Shown: positions 26,369-37,958 of the stretch, one piece after another
How the letters are laid out: each line of letters opens with the position of its first letter
How positions within the stretch are numbered: the stretch's first letter is position 1
Source of the DNA: Anolis carolinensis
Taxonomy: Eukaryota
Length of the DNA stretch: 64,000 nt
Direction of reading: 5' to 3'
Assembly: GCF_035594765.1 (NCBI RefSeq)
Contig: NC_085842.1
Coordinates: forward strand, 109,034,782 to 109,098,781
Notes under the pieces: model-generated
What the model saw: the letters and a program-made list of their open reading frames with translations, nothing else
Told to the model about the DNA's origin: nothing
Databases searched by the model: none
Translations under genes and position numbers: made by a program

Positions 26369-29304
26369 CTACTCCTCTTCATTGATAATGGCCAATTCTC
26401 CATTTTAAAAGACGTGTGTGTGACATGTTTTTCCCTCCTTTTTAATTTGTCTCCAATAGTGCGGCTGGATCTGCATGATCTTTCCTCTCACTTGTGGTGT
26501 TTTTACATTGGCAATCCTGTTTTGCGACAGATTTTCTTTGCAGAATTCCCTCTGTCATGTGGTCAGATTGATCCCTTAAACTTACAGTGAATCGTAACTT
26601 AATCGATTGCCTTTTCTGCAGTTGCACCATTTTATGGAATTCTCAATTGGTATCAATTTTGGAAACATTTTGACACCAAGTTAAAAATGTAATTAAAATA
26701 TAAGAAGAAGAAGAAAAGGAAGATGAGGGGTAACTAGTAGTGGTAGTTTTGCTACAAAGGTTTTAATAAATAATTAAAATTATTATTTATTTAAGCCTTC
26801 AGGCTAAACTGATTTTGGCTCCACATCTCCTATTGTTATACAGGTATTGTTCAAGATTGTTTTAACTAGTTGTATATTATCTTTTTTCAGCTGAAAACCT
26901 ACTTAATAAAATGTTTGTTTTTTTAAAAAAATACCTGTAATTATTTATTATACTGAATTGATTTTAATGTAAACTATCTATAGATCTTTAATAAAGACTG
27001 GGATAGAAATATTTCAGTAAATAAATGAACAACATTGTATTGTTCTGTTCCTTAAAAATGACACTGTTAATCATCTTAACCATTATTTTTGAGTGGAAGG
27101 GCAGGAATAAAAATGAATGTATAAATAAATACAGTATATGAATTAATCAATTCGTCAATTGTGTATTGTGTATTAGATTGATCATGTTTAATGTTATTGG
27201 TTTTAAATTGTTTTTTATGTCTACTGTTTTAATGATTTTATGTTATGTTTTTAATAGTTGTATAATTGAGGCATTGAGTGTTTCCCTAAATATATGTTTT
27301 ACACTGCTCTGAGTCCTCTGTGGGGTGAGAAGAACGGGAAATAAATGAAGCAAATAAATACATACATAATGTTTAGTTCCATGTAGGTTTCAAAAAGGGA
27401 TCAATACTATCATCTGTTGTACTTTGCAATTTCCAGTTGCACTCTTTGGTTTAACAGAGTACTGCTTTTGGAGTTTAAATATGGCATTAACTTTTGACAC
27501 TTTTGGAGCAGAAAGATAATTGCAATTTTACATAGATAGACAGAAGCACTACCAAAACCCCCAGATTTTCCCCTAGTCACTAATAAAGTCTTTGCACATT
27601 TCCCAATACAACTGTACATACTTGATCATTTATGATTTTGCATTTTATGTTTAGTGGTTTGTGTTTTAGAACTCTTGCTTTTGTGGGTGGGTTCTTGAGA
27701 CCCCTTTGATTTTGTGTGCCTTATTTGTGAGTTTTCCATGCTTATTTGATTACCCACCATAAGGAGGGAATACTGGAACAGATCAATCATGGGTGATTAA
27801 ACTATGACCCATGAGCCGCATGCTTCCTCCTTTTCTACAACCTTTCAATGTTTCTGGGTTTTTATTTCCAAAAAGAAATTAATTACTTTATATTTTGTTG
27901 CTAAAACTGTGATGGCAAACCACTCAATGCATTATAATCAACAGGGAAGAGAATCCCCAAATATAGAGTATAAGCTATAATCAGTGGGATAGTTAATATC
28001 CTATTCATTAGTCAAAATCATGGTAAATATTATATTAAAGTCGATTTAAGTGCATTTTTTTCATTTATCTATTCATATACGTTTAGTAACAATTAATTAA
28101 GAATAAATAGCACTGGCCAACACACATTTTGGTGCCTCAGATGTTAATCCTGTTTCTAGTTATGTTTCTATATTTCTCCATATTTTATATCTGGTGATTC
28201 CAAAAATGGCACCAGTTTTCCCCTATCAGCTCTGAGTTTTGAGATACAGAATCTATGCCATAAATACCATATACCAGTCACTATCTGCTCACCCATAGAA
28301 AACCATGATAACCATATCTATGGAACTAGAGCACATAATAATAATAATAACTTTTTTTTTATACCCCGCCCCATCTCCCTGAAGGAACTCGGGGCGGCTT
28401 ACATGGGGCCAGGCCCGATAAAACAAACAAAACAGTAACAAAGCAATAAAACAATTATCCCAGTAAAAAACATCAACATCAATAAAAACAATCATTAAAA
28501 TCAACAAGCAGGATACAGTGTTAAAAACAGGAGACTAATTCGTAGATCCCAGGCGAAATGCAGAGTGATACGAAATGGGAAAAGGAAATTTCACAGTTGA
28601 ATGGACAATAAAGTGCGGTATAAAATGGCAAGACAACAACAATGGGACTATTATGGAATGGACAGATAGATCAATCCAGCAACAACTAAACATCGAAGGC
28701 CTTTTGAAACAGCCAGGTTTTTAAGCTCTTCCGGAATGCAGTCTATCCAATTTTCTGAATCAGCTCCCCAAATAACCCCAGAAACAGGCCTAAAACCCAA
28801 GACACCAATGTTTTTTTTAGTTGGGCTATGTGATAGGTTTAATTTTTTGCATGATTAAATGTAGTCATTAAAATCAAATGGCTTATAATTATTGGCTGGA
28901 AACTTGTTGGTTAGTCTCAATTAGTGAATGGACTAGTGAGCCAATACATAGATGACTGCAACAGATTCAATGCGTCTAACTCTAGTCAAGACTAACACAA
29001 TTTAGGTCTTTATTAATATCCAGTTTTAATATATTTCATTTATCTATTTTATTATAACCAATGTATATTCCCAAAAAAAATCATTAAGTTCTGTCCTTTC
29101 TTTTTGGTCCACACTTTCTGGCAGGCAACTGCCAGGCACTTGATCAACCTGAAATGTGGACCTTGGTGCTGAAGAAATCAGCCATCGCTCAGACAGACCT
29201 TTGCTTTGATCTGGCATAGCTCTAGTGTTGCCAGGTTTTTGAAATAGCATTTAGGGGACAGTTGAAATTCAAGATATACTGAGTTGACAATCAAAAAGTA
29301 ACTA

Positions 29305-29627
29305 CAGTAGAGTCTCACTAATCCAAGCTAAACGGGCCGGCAGAAGCTTGGATAAGCGAATATCTTGGATTATAAGGACTGATCAAGGAAAAGCCTATTA
29401 AACATCAAATTAGGTTATGATTTTACAAATTAAGCACCAAAACTTCATGTTATACAACAAATTTGACAGAAAAAGTAGTTCAATATGCAGTAATGTTATG
29501 TTGTAATTACTGTATTTACGAATTTAGCACCAAAATATCACGATATATTGGAAACATTGACTACAAAAATGGCTTGGATTATCCAGAGGCTTGGATAAGC
29601 GAGGCTTGGATTAGTGAGACTCTACTG
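29305..29627. mobile_element. Tc1/mariner-type MITE
   Basis: TIR CAGTAGAGTCTCACTAATCCAAGC / GCTTGGATTAGTGAGACTCTACTG, flanked by TA. Confidence 0.85.
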
Positions 29628-29911
29628 TATCAGCAAGTTTCTGACCTATATGAACTCCAAATGAATGTACTGATTTCAGTTTGCTATGTCTATCTCTGTA
29701 GAATTGTCCATATGTGTAAATTGCATGGCACACAAACCTGCCTGTATGAAGGGCCTACACCCAACATGGTGTAGAGAATTGAGGCCAGGATTTGAATATC
29801 CGCATGGTCATGAAACCTACTGAGTGAACCCAGGCAAGTCACACTCTTTCATCCTCAGAGGAAGGCCATAGCTAGCCAATCTCTTTTGAACAAGTCTTGC
29901 CAAGAAATAAG

Positions 29912-30243
29912 AAACAACACTCTGAAAACAGAGGAATTCCAGATATGAATCAATCAGGGGCAGCTAACACCTCTGAACAAAAGATTCCCCCAGGCAGGAA
30001 GAAGCCAGGACATGAATCTGGCAAGGCCATTAATGTTAATCAAGGTGATTAATTAAAACATTCACACTGGCCTCCAAAAGACAAGAGTTCCTTCACCCAC
30101 CCTGGACCTTCCACAGATATGTAAATCTTCCTTGCTTCGTTTTTACCTCACAACCTCTGAGGATGCCTGCCATAGATGTGGGCAAAACATCAGGAGAGAA
30201 TGCTTCTGGAACGTGGCCATACAGCCTGGAAAACACACAACAA
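29912..30243 (+). mobile_element. Penelope-like 3' fragment
   Basis: Ends in the same pseudo-LTR; hammerhead core decayed (GAAACGTC to AAAACATC). Confidence 0.7.
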
Positions 30244-30904
30244 TCTTGCCAAGAAAGCATTGTGGTAGGTGCATCTTAAGATCACCATTGGTTGGAAATT
30301 ACTTGGAGACCTACAGCAACAACAACACACCCCAAGCTGTTTTAGCATCTTGTTCAGAGAGGGTATTTAGGCATTGAATTTTTGCCTATTTATTGTAAGC
30401 TGCCTTGAGTCCCCCTGGGGAGAAAGGTGGGGTAAAAATGATGTAAATAAAATATCACTTATAATAGGGAAGCCTATATGGATATTGTAGACATGTTTGT
30501 AGATTCCATAATGCCGCTTCTTTTATTCATATGAGCTCTAATCATGTGCAGATGTATATACACACACACACACACACACACATCAATCATTCAAGGGATT
30601 AAAGTACAGTTCTGCATCTCGAAAATAGTCCAATTCCTAGTGAAGTTTATGGCTGGCTGTCATGGTGGCATTCTAATAGGTCATGTGCAATTGGTGAGGC
30701 CCATTTTCATATGAGATTCTGTGGGGATGTTCTTCTTGCACAGCCATTGTCTTGGTTCCACTGAGCTTTGGGCCTGACATGTAGACTACACCATCGACAA
30801 AAAAAATTTGGTAAGCCACAGCTTAAGATTTTCCTCCCTTCCATTAGATAGCAAAAATTACTCACTTTGCATTGGACCCTATTACACCTTATCTGTAAGT
30901 GCGA

Positions 30905-31034
30905 AGATTGTGGTTTTTGAATCCACTGACATCACTTATCAGCTTCCTCTGACAATATAAATATTCAGTTTACAAGTGAGATACAAACAGTAAGAATTTC
31001 ACTTGTGGTTCTTAGCAATCCAAAGAACGTGGTC
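30905..31034 (+). promoter_or_regulatory. Cytokine A proximal promoter / 5'UTR
   Basis: TGTGGT (RUNX) 30909, TGACATCA (AP-1/CRE-like) 30927, TTATC (GATA), TTCCTCT, TATAAATA 30956; homologous to cytokine B promoter. Confidence 0.7.
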
Positions 31035-31169
31035 ATGTCTTTGCCAAAACTGCTGTGCATCTGCTGCTTCGCAGGAATTGTTCTTACAGCTCCAACATCA
31101 CCAAACAACTTCAGAAGAGAAATCTCATCATTTCAGATAACCATAAACAATTCGTGTAATGATGCAAAG
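31035..31169 (+). CDS. IL-4/IL-13-family cytokine A (IL13 syntenic position), exon 1: signal peptide + helix A
   Basis: TATAAATA at 30956, ATG 31035; MSLPKLLCICCFAGIVLTAPTSPNNFRREISSFQITINNSCNDAK|gtaaat; 135 nt, phase 0. Confidence 0.88.
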
Positions 31170-31629
31170 GTAAATCTAATATGTCATTTTGTTATGTATA
31201 TTGTTGATGTAATATTATGGCTGTTGTTTATGCTTATGCTGAGCACGTGGGAAATTGTGGACCATTTTTCACCTTAGCAATGTCCTCCTGATGCTTTAAT
31301 GTGCATTGATTTTCTAGAGATATGGCAGCAACGGGATTTGTATCCTAATACAAACAAGCACCCTGGGAAGAAATTATATGGGGGGGGGGGGGAGTGCTAT
31401 AATTTAAACATTTTTTTAAAAAAAGCTCTCTTGAAAAAGAACAGACGCCAAAGATACGAGACGTGAAACTGGATGATTCCAGAATTAAAAATTCTAATGT
31501 GCTGATTTGGCTGAATTGAGAGACATTCAAATGAAAATAGGACTCCCTGAAGACAGAGTGATTTTGAATCTGAATTCTCCCTAACATACATGAGTGATTT
31601 TGATTTTGGTGAAACACAGAGACCCATCA

Positions 31630-31842
31630 TGTGCATCTACACTGTAGAATTAATGCAGTTTGACAACACGTTGACTGCCATGGTTTGATGCTATTGGAGT
31701 TGTAGTTATACAAGATGTTTAGCCTTCTTTGCCAAAAAGTGCTAGTGTTTCATCAAACTACAAATCCAGGGGGTCCATAGCATTAAGACATGGAAATTGA
31801 AGTGGTGTCAGACTGCATTAATTCTACAGTGTAGAGGCACCC
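31630..31842. mobile_element. Palindromic MITE (second copy about 45119-45320)
   Basis: gtgcatctacactgtagaattaatgcag...ctgcattaattctacagtgtagaggcac inverted termini. Confidence 0.7.
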
Positions 31843-32005
31843 AAGACAGCATGCCTCCAAAACCTGACACACCCTCGAGTTTACATAAAATAGTTTAATA
31901 ACTGGCAACTCAAAATCAAATCCCACTGAATACTTTTATCAGAGTTCTGTAATTCCTGTGCTTTGTGGGAAAGATGCTGAATTAATATATGACACCCTGA
32001 GCTTT

Positions 32006-32385
32006 CATAGAATCATAGAATCATAGAATAGTAGAGTTGGAAGAGACCTCATGGGCCATCCAGTCTAACCCCCTGCCAAGAAGCAGGAAATCGCATTCAA
32101 AGCACCCCCGACAGATGGCCATCCAGCCTCTGCTTAAAAGCCTCCAAAGAAGGAGCCTCCACCACAGTCCGGGGGAGAGAGTTCCACTGTCGAACAGCTC
32201 TCCCAGTGAGGAAGTTCTTCCTGATGTTCAGGTGGAATCTCCTTTCCTGTAGTTTGAAGCCATTGTTCCGTGTCCTAGTCTGCAGGGCAGCAGAGAACAA
32301 GCTTGCTCCCTCCTCCGTATGACTTCCCCTCACATATTTGTACATGGCTATCATGTCTCCTCTCAGCCTTCTTTTCTGCAGGTTG
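32006..32385 (-). mobile_element. CR1 LINE 3' end in cytokine A intron 1
   Basis: ORF 32097-32354 RTRNNGFKLQERRFHLNIRKNFLT; (TTCTATGA)n tail. Confidence 0.9.
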
Positions 32386-33308
32386 AGAGGAGAAACTCTT
32401 TCTCCAGAGTTTGGTACCTTTTATAAGCACTTTTTTCCTGATTCCTCTTAAGATCAGGAATCAGAGAACTGTTTTGGTGACCAACATAAGTGTGATGTTT
32501 TGTGTTTGCTTGGAAAATGTTGTATATTCAAGTACTTCTATGGCTGTTCGCTCCTCACATCCCACCACCATGCATCTCATTCTGTGCTTTCAGTGCCAAC
32601 TATGCAGAAAACAAACGAGCCTCAAGCTGTAATGCTTTCATCATAACTCCCAGTCCCTTGTGCTTATCCTATATCTTGCTTCTTGCCTAGGAACACACAA
32701 GTATGACATAAACCATTTTTTAAACCAATTGCTTTCTCACATTTACAGACCTATAAAGGACTTGTAGGGGGAAACAACTCAGTCTAAATGATGCCCTTGC
32801 ACAAAATCTTTATTTGAAACATTAGGGGTTTCATACCCCCCTTTGGAAAGGAGGTATCATTGTTGTTGATGTTGTAGTTGTTGACTGTATTTTATTCGAA
32901 AGTTCCAATTGGTAATGGGCTCTTGCACACAATCACCTGGCACACAATCTCTGCACATATTTATCCAAAAGTGGACTGATGTCATTCCTTTAACAAAGCT
33001 ACAGTTCTTGCAATTTTCAACCAATTTCAACATACTGGTGGAAACATTTCTAGCCATTTATTAATTTTTGATGGAACCACAAAGATTTTGATTGCTTGGC
33101 AGAGATTCCAGTTTTGAACCTACAAAAATTGGGTAGTATCCAAATTTAGAAAATTATTTTCCAAATTGGGTTCAAGGCTGAATCTTCCATTCAGTATTTA
33201 ACTTGAGTAATAAAATATACTGTTTCATCAAGAAAGGTTTTTCTCATTCACAGAATATGTAAACAAAGACACTTTCCTTATCTGATCTGTCACTTTTTTT
33301 TTCCACAG

Positions 33309-33359
33309 CATCTGCCTTGCTGGAATGAGCCAGTAAGAAAAATCCATTTCAAAGAAGAT
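33309..33359 (+). CDS. Cytokine A exon 2
   Basis: T-tract+ccacag|CAT...GAT|gtaagt; 51 nt phase 0; HLPCWNEPVRKIHFKED resembles cytokine B exon 2 DVPCGNQRIREIKL. Confidence 0.85.
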
Positions 33360-34774
33360 GTAAGTGATATTTTTTGTGTAGACTTCAAGAATCAGTGCCT
33401 CTACTTTCTGTTTTCTTGAATGAAATTGAAGTCACAGCAGGAAAAAACCTGGGTCATTTCAGCTTGCTAACATGAAAAAGCTGGTGTTTTAGAAATCTTC
33501 AGTAACCTCCCAGTGCCACCAGTGACTACATTTTTACAAATCTGTCAACAAGCATAAACCATGAGGCATAATTAGCAGGGCATGTAAAGCTTTTTAAAAA
33601 CAGATTATTGTCTTATAACAGATCAGTGAGAGGCAGTACTGCAATTTGAAAATGTTTTCTAATGAATGAATGTATCTACTAAAAGTTTTTTATTAATATG
33701 TTGCAAATCATTGAGAAAAGCAAACATGATATTGTATAAGGAGATAACGTAGGTGACTTAGCTTTAGAATCTAAAGTTAACCACATTGCCATTATTCACA
33801 TGCAAAGTGTTACTCTTTCTTTTCATTTTTTAAAATCTACAGTGAGAAACATTGTCTGTATTTCCTTCAGGCAGGTATTCATTACTACCTGTTCTTCATA
33901 ATGATTATAGTTAATGCTGGAAGTTCTTACATAGCCCCCAACAAAAATGTGGCAGATGTTATTTCCCCAAACTGTGCAATTTGTTTCCAGCCAATCCAGT
34001 CGGAAATATTCCTGGGAAATGTACTTTCCATCTTCTATTGCCACTACCGTGAGGAGGTCTCTCTCCGTCACTGGACCTCTTCACAGGGACTATAGGACTG
34101 ACTCCTTAGAGCCTTAAAGGTTTCAAACATGATCCACTTTACGTAATCCACTATATGCAATCCAACTAAATGGAATTCTGCTAAGCACATTCTCATTCAC
34201 ATAGCACATTCTTATACATAATGAATAATTTGATCCACTTTATCAGAACCGCAGATATATTTAAATAGAAGATATCTATCATCTTCAAAAAAATTCTGAC
34301 ATGCTTCCCCCAACTTCATTTAATTTGTAGTATGCCTTACAGTCATTTCTGACCTATGGCGACCCTCAGGCAGATCTGTCAGTGTGTTTAGTTCAAAATT
34401 AATAAGATTTTCCTGGTTGTCAGAGATTCAAATCCTGGTCTATAGGGTCCTAGGCCCCTTCTACACTGCAAAGTAGATAATCCAGACTATCTGATTTGAA
34501 CTGGTTTATATGAGTCTACATTGCCATATAATCCAGTTCAAAGCAGATAATCTGTATTTTATTTGGCAGTGTAGAAGGGCCCCTAATTCAATGCCCAAAC
34601 CACTGCAGCAGTGGTGCAACAACTTGTGACCCTCCAGGTATTTTGGACTTCTGCTCCCAGAATTCCCGGCCACTGGACAAGCTGAGAAGGCCTTCTGGGA
34701 GTTGGAGTCCCAAACACCTGGTGGGCTACAGGTTGTGCATTACTGTACTACACCATGCTCTCATTCATTTAATT

Positions 34775-34909
34775 CAGTGGTTCTCAACCTATGGGTCCCC
34801 AGGTGTTTTGACCTACAACTCGCAGAAATCCCAGCCAGTTTACCAGCTGTTGGGATTTCTGGGAGTTGAAGGCCAAAACATCTAGGGACCCACAGGTTGA
34901 GAACCACTA
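34775..34909. mobile_element. hAT MITE in cytokine A intron 2
   Basis: TIR CAGTGGTTCTCAACCT, 8-bp TSD ATTTAATT. Confidence 0.85.
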
Positions 34910-35135
34910 ATTTAATTTAATACAGAAACATTACCTTGGGATTAACGCAAATTACACTCCCATCATGTCTTACCATTGATGATATCAATAAGGATTGAGG
35001 AGAGTTGAAGATCAACATTTGGAGGGCTTTCCATTTTTCATCGCTTCTAGAGTCAAACCTAAATGAATATTGTTTGCAATGTGTATTAAACAAGAAGTGG
35101 TCATGTTGTCTTTTATTTCCAACTTTTCTTAACAG

Positions 35136-35255
35136 TGCAACCAAACATACTATCAAAATATATTCCGCCAAATCAAAGCTAATCTGAATCAGACTACATG
35201 CAAGACTATTTTTTCAAAAGCTGTAATTGCACCTGTGCTGCTTGGTAACACTTCA
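35136..35255 (+). CDS. Cytokine A exon 3 (helices B, C)
   Basis: ttttcttaacag|TGC...TCA|gtaagt; 120 nt phase 0; CNQTYYQNIFRQIKANLNQTTCKTIFSKAVIAPVLLGNTS; resembles cytokine B exon 3. Confidence 0.85.
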
Positions 35256-35614
35256 GTAAGTATCAGTGATGGTTATCGATACTGTTTTTATTCCAAAACT
35301 GTGGGAAGGGGTGCTAACATAAGGCTTATTATTTTAAAACGACTTAAACAATATACTTTGTTCAATGCAAGCATATAGTGGGCCCTTGATATCCACTAGG
35401 GTTTGGTCCCAGGGTGGACATACACAACCCATTGGTATAAAATTGCATGGCTGCTCAAGTCCCATTATATATATATACAGTGGTGTAGTAAATGCTGTCC
35501 CTTATATAAAATAGCAAAATCAAAGCATGCTTAGAACTTTTTTGTGTGTAATTGGTGTCTACTTAGTGAAGGCACAGATAGATATTGCCTTAAGACGGAA
35601 GAGGCATCTGTGGC

Positions 35615-35902
35615 CAGGGCTGTAGCCAAGGGGGGGGGGGGGGGGTTGGGGTTCAAACCTCCCCCCCCCCCCGAAAATTTTTAGGTTTTTTTTTAAAAAA
35701 CTGATTTACTCATGAATTTTAACTAGTTAACCAAATTCCCCTAAGTGTCCACTGAAGTTTATCTGTCTTGAGTGTGGACTGAAGTTTATCAATGGAGCCT
35801 GATTTCTAAATTATTTTGTGTTATGGAACTATTCTTCATGATTCGCTAAAAAAAAGTTTCACCCCCCCCCCCCCCCGAATTTTTTTTCTGGCTCTGACCC
35901 TG
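35615..35902. mobile_element. hAT-type MITE with poly-G/poly-C tracts in cytokine A intron 3
   Basis: CAGGG...CCCTG termini, 8-bp TSD TCTGTGGC. Confidence 0.75.
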
Positions 35903-36650
35903 TCTGTGGCTGGTTTGAAGGCCACTTTTTGCTCAGAGACTCTCTGAGAGCTACATGGACTCCTGAAAAATGAAACAAATTACCCCAAAGTGTCTCATTC
36001 CCAAAAAGAAGTATGTTAATCTGATTTTCAAAAAGAAATATGTTAATCTTAAACAGTACAAAATATTTCTGCAACCTACTTGGAAGGCAAACTGTAATCC
36101 CTGGAAGCTTCTAGAAGCAGCAATGTACTCGTTTTTTGCCAGAAAAAAATCAATTGAGGGATTATGGAATTATTGAGAGCCACAGATATGTCTCTGGAGC
36201 CCTCCTGTGGTCCCAATGCCCCAGTTTGCCTGGGCTTGGCCTTTAGGGAGCGTCAGGCAAAATCAAAGAGTCAATATGCACTAGTAAATGGTCAATAAAC
36301 AGATATAAAATATAAAGTTATATTGAATGAAGTACAATCAGTACAGAATTTACAATGTAATGTTAATGTTCCATACATCAAAATGAATATATAACTGAAC
36401 AATGTTTGCTCTATACATACATTTTCACTTGTTAAATCAGTCAGTTGAAACTGAAGAGCATGTCTGTAACTAAGGTTTGTGCAATCATCAGAAATGCTAA
36501 ACAATTTTTGTGAATTTACTCTCATGGGTGTCTTTTTTGAGGGCAGATGGTTTTGAACAAAAAGGGGGTGTATTGTCATGTTCATATGGTTTTTTTCCTG
36601 TTTAGTAGAGCTTAACAAGATTCTCCTTTCTTCTTCTTCTTCTTCTCAAG

Positions 36651-36758
36651 GTTCCTCACAGTTTCTCACAATCTCCTGCCACTACTCTGAAAGTCTTCTG
36701 TACAAAAGTTCAATATTATGTTGGATACCTAAAGAACGAATGTTCCAATCAGTTGTGA
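36651..36758 (+). CDS. Cytokine A exon 4 (helix D, stop)
   Basis: (TTC)n tract+ctcaag|GTT...TGA; 108 nt; VPHSFSQSPATTLKVFCTKVQYYVGYLKNECSNQL*; TLKxFC...YV..L.N.C shared with cytokine B. Confidence 0.87.
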   Translation, partial: VPHSFSQSPATTLKVFCTKVQYYVGYLKNECSNQL

Positions 36759-37839
36759 AACAAACGCCCAACAACTGAGTAAGAGCAGGAGCAATGAAGG
36801 ACCTTCCCCCCACCCACCCCAAAAGAGATAACTGACAGTTTTAAAAACACCATCACCTCATCATTTTTGTTGTTTGGGAAAGATGTCATCAAAAGAAAGA
36901 ATGCAATCATTGATTTAGTACTCTACAGATATGTGCCATGAAGTTGTCTGTTTGCCTGGGTGATCAGCCCACCCCCTTTTTGTGGCACATGGGTCATGCA
37001 AAGAAAGCATGCACAAGTATGTGCGCACTGAATCCCATGGTTGCTCTTTACCCATTCATCTATCACAACATCACATCCACCAGTTGGTGCTAAAATTCTT
37101 CCCAAATCGGGTGGGTCTGAAAAAGTAAAGGGTAGAGCTATACGCCACTCCTGCACAAGGTTGGCATGCAGCTTCTATCTGGATCTGATACCAAGAATGC
37201 AGATAAACATGTATAGCAAATTTCCATAGTGGACCCTTTCATGTGGCAAAGTTATAGTACTATGATTCCATCTTAATTGGCATGGCTGTCTCCTATGAAA
37301 TCTTGGTTTTGGGAAGTGCTAGAGCTTTCTAGCTGAGGCTTCTGGAGGCCCCTCCCTAAACTGGACATTCCCAAGATCCCATAGGATGTTTGCCCAGGCA
37401 GTTAACCTGGAATGATAGTGCTATAATTGTGGGGTGTGAGAGAGCCATGGTAAGTGCGATGGCACTCTTCAGATAGGAAGATGGGGAGTCAGGGTATTCT
37501 CATATACATCCCTTTTAAAGTGATTCTTAATAGTAGAGCCCACCTCTCAGCTGCAGCCATGGTTTAGTAAAAATCAAATAGGAATCCTAATTTGTTCCAG
37601 GATTAATTTTTTCATTTTTTTTCTGATCAATTGTAAGGCAAGTCTTTGTACCAGGTGTTAATGTAATATGATGTCTGTCAGTTTCTTTATGTCATTCTAG
37701 CCTAGATATTTTACATAAATCACATGCGGATGTGTGATTAAATGGTGGTCCGTAGATATACATCCATTTGTAACAACTGAGCAATACAGGATAGGGTTGG
37801 TGTATTTCTCATCACCCCTTAGCAGTTCTATGGCATAGG

Positions 37840-37958
37840 TTTATTTATTGATTTCTATTCTATTTAATATTTAATATTTATAAAATATTATATATTCTAA
37901 ATATGTTCTGATCTTGATCAGGAAGCAAGCCAGTGTTTAAGTGTAACACTGCAATAAA
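37840..37958 (+). terminator. Cytokine A 3'UTR AU-rich elements and candidate poly(A) signal
   Basis: ATTTA cluster 37840-37880, AATAAA 37953-37958. Confidence 0.5.

Noticed and set aside
26442-26630. Minus-strand ORF near the duplicated element as a pseudo-exon
   Set aside because: Frame not preserved in the 44.7-45 kb paralogous segment; conservation is limited to TF-motif islands
31005-31277. 90-aa ORF as a single-exon gene
   Set aside because: GTG start is in the 5'UTR and the tail is intron 1; the coding part is 31035-31169
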